Positions 59,742 through 64,000 of a stretch of DNA of 64,000 bases are shown in pieces; position 1 is the stretch's first letter; each line of letters opens with the position of its first letter. The stretch comes from an uncultured Spirochaetota bacterium (GTDB lineage: Bacteria > Spirochaetota > Spirochaetia > SZUA-6 > Fen-1364): the NCBI GenBank assembly GCA_963845535.1, contig CAWJSK010000017.1, positions 50,990 through 114,989 of the forward strand. Direction: 5' to 3'. The notes below the pieces were generated by a model. That model made no database searches. It had not been told where the DNA came from and worked only from the letters and a program-made list of their open reading frames with translations. A program made the position numbers and the translations under genes.

Positions 59742-62303
59742 TCACCCCGGCCCGTCAAGGAGCTGGCGGACTTTTCGAAGGAGGTTCGAGCCGTCGAAAG
59801 GCTTCTCGATGAGCTCGACTCCTTCCTCCAGGACGCCTTGATGAACGATGACGCTTTCCGCGTATCCTGAGACAAAAAGGACGCGCGTGCGGGGGAACTT
59901 CGTGCGCACCGAGTGCGCCAGTTCCTTGCCGTTCATGCCGGGCATGACCACGTCCGTCACGAGGAGGTCCGGCGTCAGTGAGGATTCAGAAAGCTCCCTC
60001 AGCGCCTCCGCTCCTCCGGCAGCAGACACGACGGTGTAGCCTCCGGACTCCAGAATGGACAGGGTAATCCGCCTGACCGCTTCGTCGTCCTCAACAAGGA
60101 GTATGGTCTCCGCGCCTCGACGCGTCACCGGGGAACGTCGTTCCTCTTGCGTCTCTTCCGCAATCTCCCGAATGACGCGAGGAAAGTACATTTTGAACGT
60201 CGTGCCCTTGCCAGGCTCGCTTGCGCAGGAAATGAAGCCTTCACTCTGTTTGACAATGCCGTAGACGGTGGCAAGGCCCAACCCTGTTCCTTTGCCCTTT
60301 TCCTTGGTGGTGAAGAAAGGTTCAAAGACGCGACCCAGGATATCCTGATCCATCCCGGCTCCGTTGTCGATCACCGAAAGAAGCACATACTCACCGGGCG
60401 GCACCTCAGGATGTTTGCCGCGCAGACTCTTCGAAAGGGAAAGATTCGAGGTCTCGATGGACAGGACGCCCCCTTGGGGCATTGCGTCGCGTGAGTTTAC
60501 TGCAAGGTTCATGAGCACCTGCTCGATCTTTCCCGGATCCGCTCGAATGCCCCAGAGCCCCGGGGGCCTGAGCTCCCTCACCCGGATGTCTTCCCCGAGG
60601 AGGCGCTTGATCATGTCAATCATCCCCTCGACAAGCGCGCCAAGGTCCACGACGCGCGGCTGGAGAATCTGTTTGCGGCTGAACGCAAGGAGCTGCGCGG
60701 TGAGCGTGGCTGCCCTTTGCGCGGCCCGTTTGATTTCCGTGAGATTGGCGTGCAGCGGCTCGTTGCTCGGTGCGAGCTCCAGTCCCATCTCACAGTACCC
60801 GTTGATCACCGTGAGCAAATTGTTGAAGTCGTGGGCAATTCCGCCCGCCAGTCTCCCCACCGCCTCAATTTTCTGGGCTTCCTGAAGCTGCTCGCGGAGT
60901 TTCCTCTGGTCCTCCAGCGCCTTGTTCCTTTCGGTGAGGTCCCTGACGAATGCGTGGATGACTCCAGAGCCCTCCCTGCTCACCACTTTTGCACTCACTT
61001 CCACCGGGACCGTCGAGCCGTCTTTTCGGATTTCGACCGCTTCGAAAAGGCTGGAGCCGTATTGGACCAGGTTCTCGAGGTTGCGGGGGATTTTCTTGCG
61101 GGTCGCCTCATCATCCACCGCCGCAAGGTTCGTGCCGACCAGCTCAGCGCGGCTTCTGCCCAGCATTTTGCAGGCGTTTTCGTTGACGTCCAGAATCATT
61201 CCGTTGAAATCGTGGATGAGAAGGGCGTCGGTGATGTTCTCCACGATGGTCTGATACCTTCGTTCGCTGGCGCTCAGCGCCGCCTCAGCCTCTTTCTGCC
61301 GGGTGACGTCCCGACTGATGCCAACCAATCCCTGCGCGACCCCGTGTGCGTCAAGGACAGGCACCTTGGTCGTTGTGATGATCCTGGAGACTCCTGAGAC
61401 AAGCTTCGGCCCTTCTTTTTCAATGACTTTGCGCCCCGTGGCAATGATCGCGCGCTCATCCGCCTGGAAACGGTCTGCCATTTCCTTCGGGTAAAAATCG
61501 TGATCGGTCTTTCCGATGAGATTTTCCGGCGTGCCCGCCTGCATGACGTCAGCTACGACTTTGTTGGCGCGGATGAAGCGGCAGCTTGCGTCCTTGAGAA
61601 ACACCCCGTCGGGCAGGTTGTCGATCAGGGTCAGGAGCTGCGCGCGCTCCCGCTCGATCCTTTGCTCAAGCTGGGCCTTCTCGGTGATGTCCTGGAACGT
61701 AGCCAGGGCGCCACTGAAAGCTCCGTTCGGATCACGCCGCGGAGCAGCGGTAACCTGGATGCGTCTGATCTCCCCGTCCATCCGCCTGATGTCGATCTCG
61801 TAGGAGCTCGTGACGCCCTGTGCGCGCTTGTCAGACTCCTTTTGGACCTCTTGGCGCTCCGTGTCACCCAGAAACTCCATGAGATTTCGTCCGACAAGTC
61901 CGCCTTTCGGCGCCCCGAAGACCTTTTCCGCGGCGGGGTTTGCGAAGAGCATCAACTCCCTCGGATCGACAATGACGACACCCGTGGCCAGGTTTTCGAT
62001 AAGCAGGCGATATTGTTCCTCATGGCGCTGGAGAGCGGCCTCCGCTTCTTTGCGCCCTGTGGCTTCCTTCTCCTCTGTGCGTAACTGATTCCTCAGGATC
62101 ACGTAGAGCATCAGGGCGGTGACTGCTACGAATACCCATCCTTTGTAGACTTCTGCCTGAATGAGCACCCTTGGATTGGCGATGAGGATGCCCAAGGCCC
62201 GATCCGACAGGAGTATCCAGAGGCCCGCAGCAACCGCGTAGACGACGCTTACCCGCAAGGCCACGTGAGCCAGTTTGCCACGCATCTCTTGAAATATACT
62301 CAC
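59742..62303 (-). CDS. Hybrid sensor kinase: 2 TM, 3 PAS, HisKA, HATPase, receiver
   Basis: AGGIAHDFNNLL, NLAVNSRDAM, FEPFFTTK, GTGLGL, ILLVEDD, TDVVMPGMNG. Confidence 0.95.
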   Translation of the reverse strand: MSIFQEMRGKLAHVALRVSVVYAVAAGLWILLSDRALGILIANPRVLIQAEVYKGWVFVAVTALMLYVILRNQLRTEEKEATGRKEAEAALQRHEEQYRLLIENLATGVVIVDPRELMLFANPAAEKVFGAPKGGLVGRNLMEFLGDTERQEVQKESDKRAQGVTSSYEIDIRRMDGEIRRIQVTAAPRRDPNGAFSGALATFQDITEKAQLEQRIERERAQLLTLIDNLPDGVFLKDASCRFIRANKVVADVMQAGTPENLIGKTDHDFYPKEMADRFQADERAIIATGRKVIEKEGPKLVSGVSRIITTTKVPVLDAHGVAQGLVGISRDVTRQKEAEAALSASERRYQTIVENITDALLIHDFNGMILDVNENACKMLGRSRAELVGTNLAAVDDEATRKKIPRNLENLVQYGSSLFEAVEIRKDGSTVPVEVSAKVVSREGSGVIHAFVRDLTERNKALEDQRKLREQLQEAQKIEAVGRLAGGIAHDFNNLLTVINGYCEMGLELAPSNEPLHANLTEIKRAAQRAATLTAQLLAFSRKQILQPRVVDLGALVEGMIDMIKRLLGEDIRVRELRPPGLWGIRADPGKIEQVLMNLAVNSRDAMPQGGVLSIETSNLSLSKSLRGKHPEVPPGEYVLLSVIDNGAGMDQDILGRVFEPFFTTKEKGKGTGLGLATVYGIVKQSEGFISCASEPGKGTTFKMYFPRVIREIAEETQEERRSPVTRRGAETILLVEDDEAVRRITLSILESGGYTVVSAAGGAEALRELSESSLTPDLLVTDVVMPGMNGKELAHSVRTKFPRTRVLFVSGYAESVIVHQGVLEEGVELIEKPFDGSNLLRKVRQLLDGPG

Positions 62304-62395
62304 GCCCGCAGCGGGACTCGACAGCTTGGAAGCAGACCTCGAAGGCGTTCAAGCGGGACTGATTTGCTTTTTGCTTCATTCCCGGGAATGCCGGC

Positions 62396-64000
62396 TTACG
62401 GAGATGCGTCCGCGCGGGTCAGAAACTCTCGGATGGCGTCGAGGAATACCTTGCCGTAGGCGGCCAGCTTTGCCTCACCCACGCCTGGGCAGCGTAGGAG
62501 GCCTGTAGAGTCCGTGGGCCGGGCGCGCGCCATGGCCCGCAAAGTCTTGTCGCTGAAAACGATGTAGGCGGGCAATCCCTTTGCATCAGCGATGTACTTT
62601 CGTACCTGCCGCAGGCTCTGGAAAAGCCCATCCTGCGCGGCGCCGTCCAGCGGAGCTGCTTCAGGCGTCGGCTCACATTCCACCTGGGCCGCGCCGGCGC
62701 CGCGCGTCCCCAGGAACGTCTGCTTGCCCTGGAGGAGGAGACGTCCCTTGCTGGAAAGGCTGTATCCCGCGGTGCGGCCGTCACCGCGGACAAGGCAGCC
62801 CGCGGCATCCAGGTCTCTTGCCAGGCCGAGCCACCAGTCCCGCTCATGATCCCTGCCGACGCCGAAAGTCGGCAGGGCGTCGTGCCCGCGCTCCAGGACC
62901 TTGTCAGTTCGATTGCCCGTCACGATGTCAACCAGGTGGTGGGCGCCGAATCGCTCTCCCGTGCGCACGGCAGCGGAGAGGAGCTTGCGCGCGGGTTCCG
63001 TCAGGTCTTCGAGGGCTACCTCACCCGCGCATACGTCACAGCGGCCGCAGCTCCCGGGGTGGAGCTCGCTGAAATGCGCCAGGAGCTGCGCCCTGCGGCA
63101 GACAGAGGACTCAGCGTAGCGAAGAATCTCACGCAGCCGCCCCTCCGCTCGTTCAGCTTCCTGGGGATTTTCCATCCGCTCGATGTGCCAGCGGATGGAA
63201 GCGATGTCACCCGGCCCATACAGGAGGAGCGCCTCGGCGTCCTCACCGTCACGGGCCGCTCTGCCGGTTTCCTGGTAGTAGCCCTCGATGCTGCGGGGCA
63301 GGTCCGCGTGCACCACCCAGCGGACGTTCGGTTTGTCTATTCCCATCCCGAAAGCGATGGTGGCCACCACCACCTTGACCTCGTCTCTGAGAAACTGCTC
63401 CTGCCGGGACTTGCGTTGTTCATCCTCCAGGCCGGCGTGGTACGGCACTGCGTCGACTCCGCGCGCGGACAGGAACTCCGCGGTGCGCTCAACGGATTTG
63501 CGCGTGCCGCGATACACGATGCCAGGCTCACCGTCCCGTTTCCTTACGAACTGGAGTATTTGCGCGTCGCCATTGCCCTCTCTTGCGCGAACCCTGTAGA
63601 AGATCTCGGGCCGGTCGAAGGTTGCCCGCACCACGAAGGGCGTCTTCAGCGCGAGAAGCCGTATCACGTCCTCCTGCACCTGCGGCGTGGCTGTTGCAGT
63701 GAATGCCGCTATGGGGACTTTCGGGAACTCCTCCCTGAGGAGGCCCAGGGACCGGTAGTCAGGGCGGAACTCGTGCCCCCATTCCGAGATGCAGTGCGCC
63801 TCATCCACGGCAATCAGCGCAAGGCCGAACCTTGCAAGAGAGGAACGGAAGGCGGGGATAGAAAGCCTCTCAGGTGACGCGTAGAGAAGGCGGATGGATC
63901 CGGAGCCAAGGGCTTGCCACGTCTCCCTGGCTTCATCCGTGGAGAGGGTGCTGTTGAGAAACGCGGCGGGAATGCCGTCCTCCCGCGCGCCGTCCACCTG
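62396..64000 (-). CDS. recQ: ATP-dependent DNA helicase RecQ (5' end outside window)
   Basis: VDEAHCISEWGHEFRP, TATAT, VATIAFGMGIDKP, YYQETGRA, Zn-binding Cys cluster, RQC, HRDC (PAYIVFSDKTL). Confidence 0.96.
   Translation of the reverse strand, partial: QVDGAREDGIPAAFLNSTLSTDEARETWQALGSGSIRLLYASPERLSIPAFRSSLARFGLALIAVDEAHCISEWGHEFRPDYRSLGLLREEFPKVPIAAFTATATPQVQEDVIRLLALKTPFVVRATFDRPEIFYRVRAREGNGDAQILQFVRKRDGEPGIVYRGTRKSVERTAEFLSARGVDAVPYHAGLEDEQRKSRQEQFLRDEVKVVVATIAFGMGIDKPNVRWVVHADLPRSIEGYYQETGRAARDGEDAEALLLYGPGDIASIRWHIERMENPQEAERAEGRLREILRYAESSVCRRAQLLAHFSELHPGSCGRCDVCAGEVALEDLTEPARKLLSAAVRTGERFGAHHLVDIVTGNRTDKVLERGHDALPTFGVGRDHERDWWLGLARDLDAAGCLVRGDGRTAGYSLSSKGRLLLQGKQTFLGTRGAGAAQVECEPTPEAAPLDGAAQDGLFQSLRQVRKYIADAKGLPAYIVFSDKTLRAMARARPTDSTGLLRCPGVGEAKLAAYGKVFLDAIREFLTRADASP

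Noticed and set aside
1..64000. rRNA, tRNA, integrase or known anti-phage defence genes
   Set aside because: None recognised by eye; a tRNAscan, Infernal or DefenseFinder run would be needed to exclude them formally.

Overview
GC-rich bacterial window, probably from a free-living Spirochaetota genome (inferred from spirochaete-style RHS core and pseudopilin motifs; not proven). About 1-25.4 kb and 58-64 kb hold housekeeping or ordinary accessory genes: prkA, a pcm homologue with a signal peptide, a sulfocyanin-like lipoprotein, TlpA, typA, two-component genes, sugar and branched-chain amino acid ABC transporters, srkA and recQ. About 25.4-58 kb is an island-like locus. It has a 12-gene type II secretion (T2SS)-like operon with an unusual secretin (three tandem N0/STN-like domains) and non-Phe pseudopilins, followed by a TPR/outer-membrane/lipoprotein accessory module. 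Next comes a ~3,300-aa SpvB(TcB-like)-FG-GAP-RHS polymorphic toxin whose Sec signal peptide is hidden by a one-base frameshift, and then a candidate immunity gene resembling a catalytically dead M23 fold. No TcA gene is present in the window. Instead the toxin carries six Gly/Ser-rich amphipathic hairpin-like segments, one before each FG-GAP motif. Three IS elements with readable ends lie in the locus, and two of them split genes that rejoin in frame. Five single-base insertions in short homopolymer runs suggest sequencing or assembly errors. No rRNA, tRNA or CRISPR array was seen.
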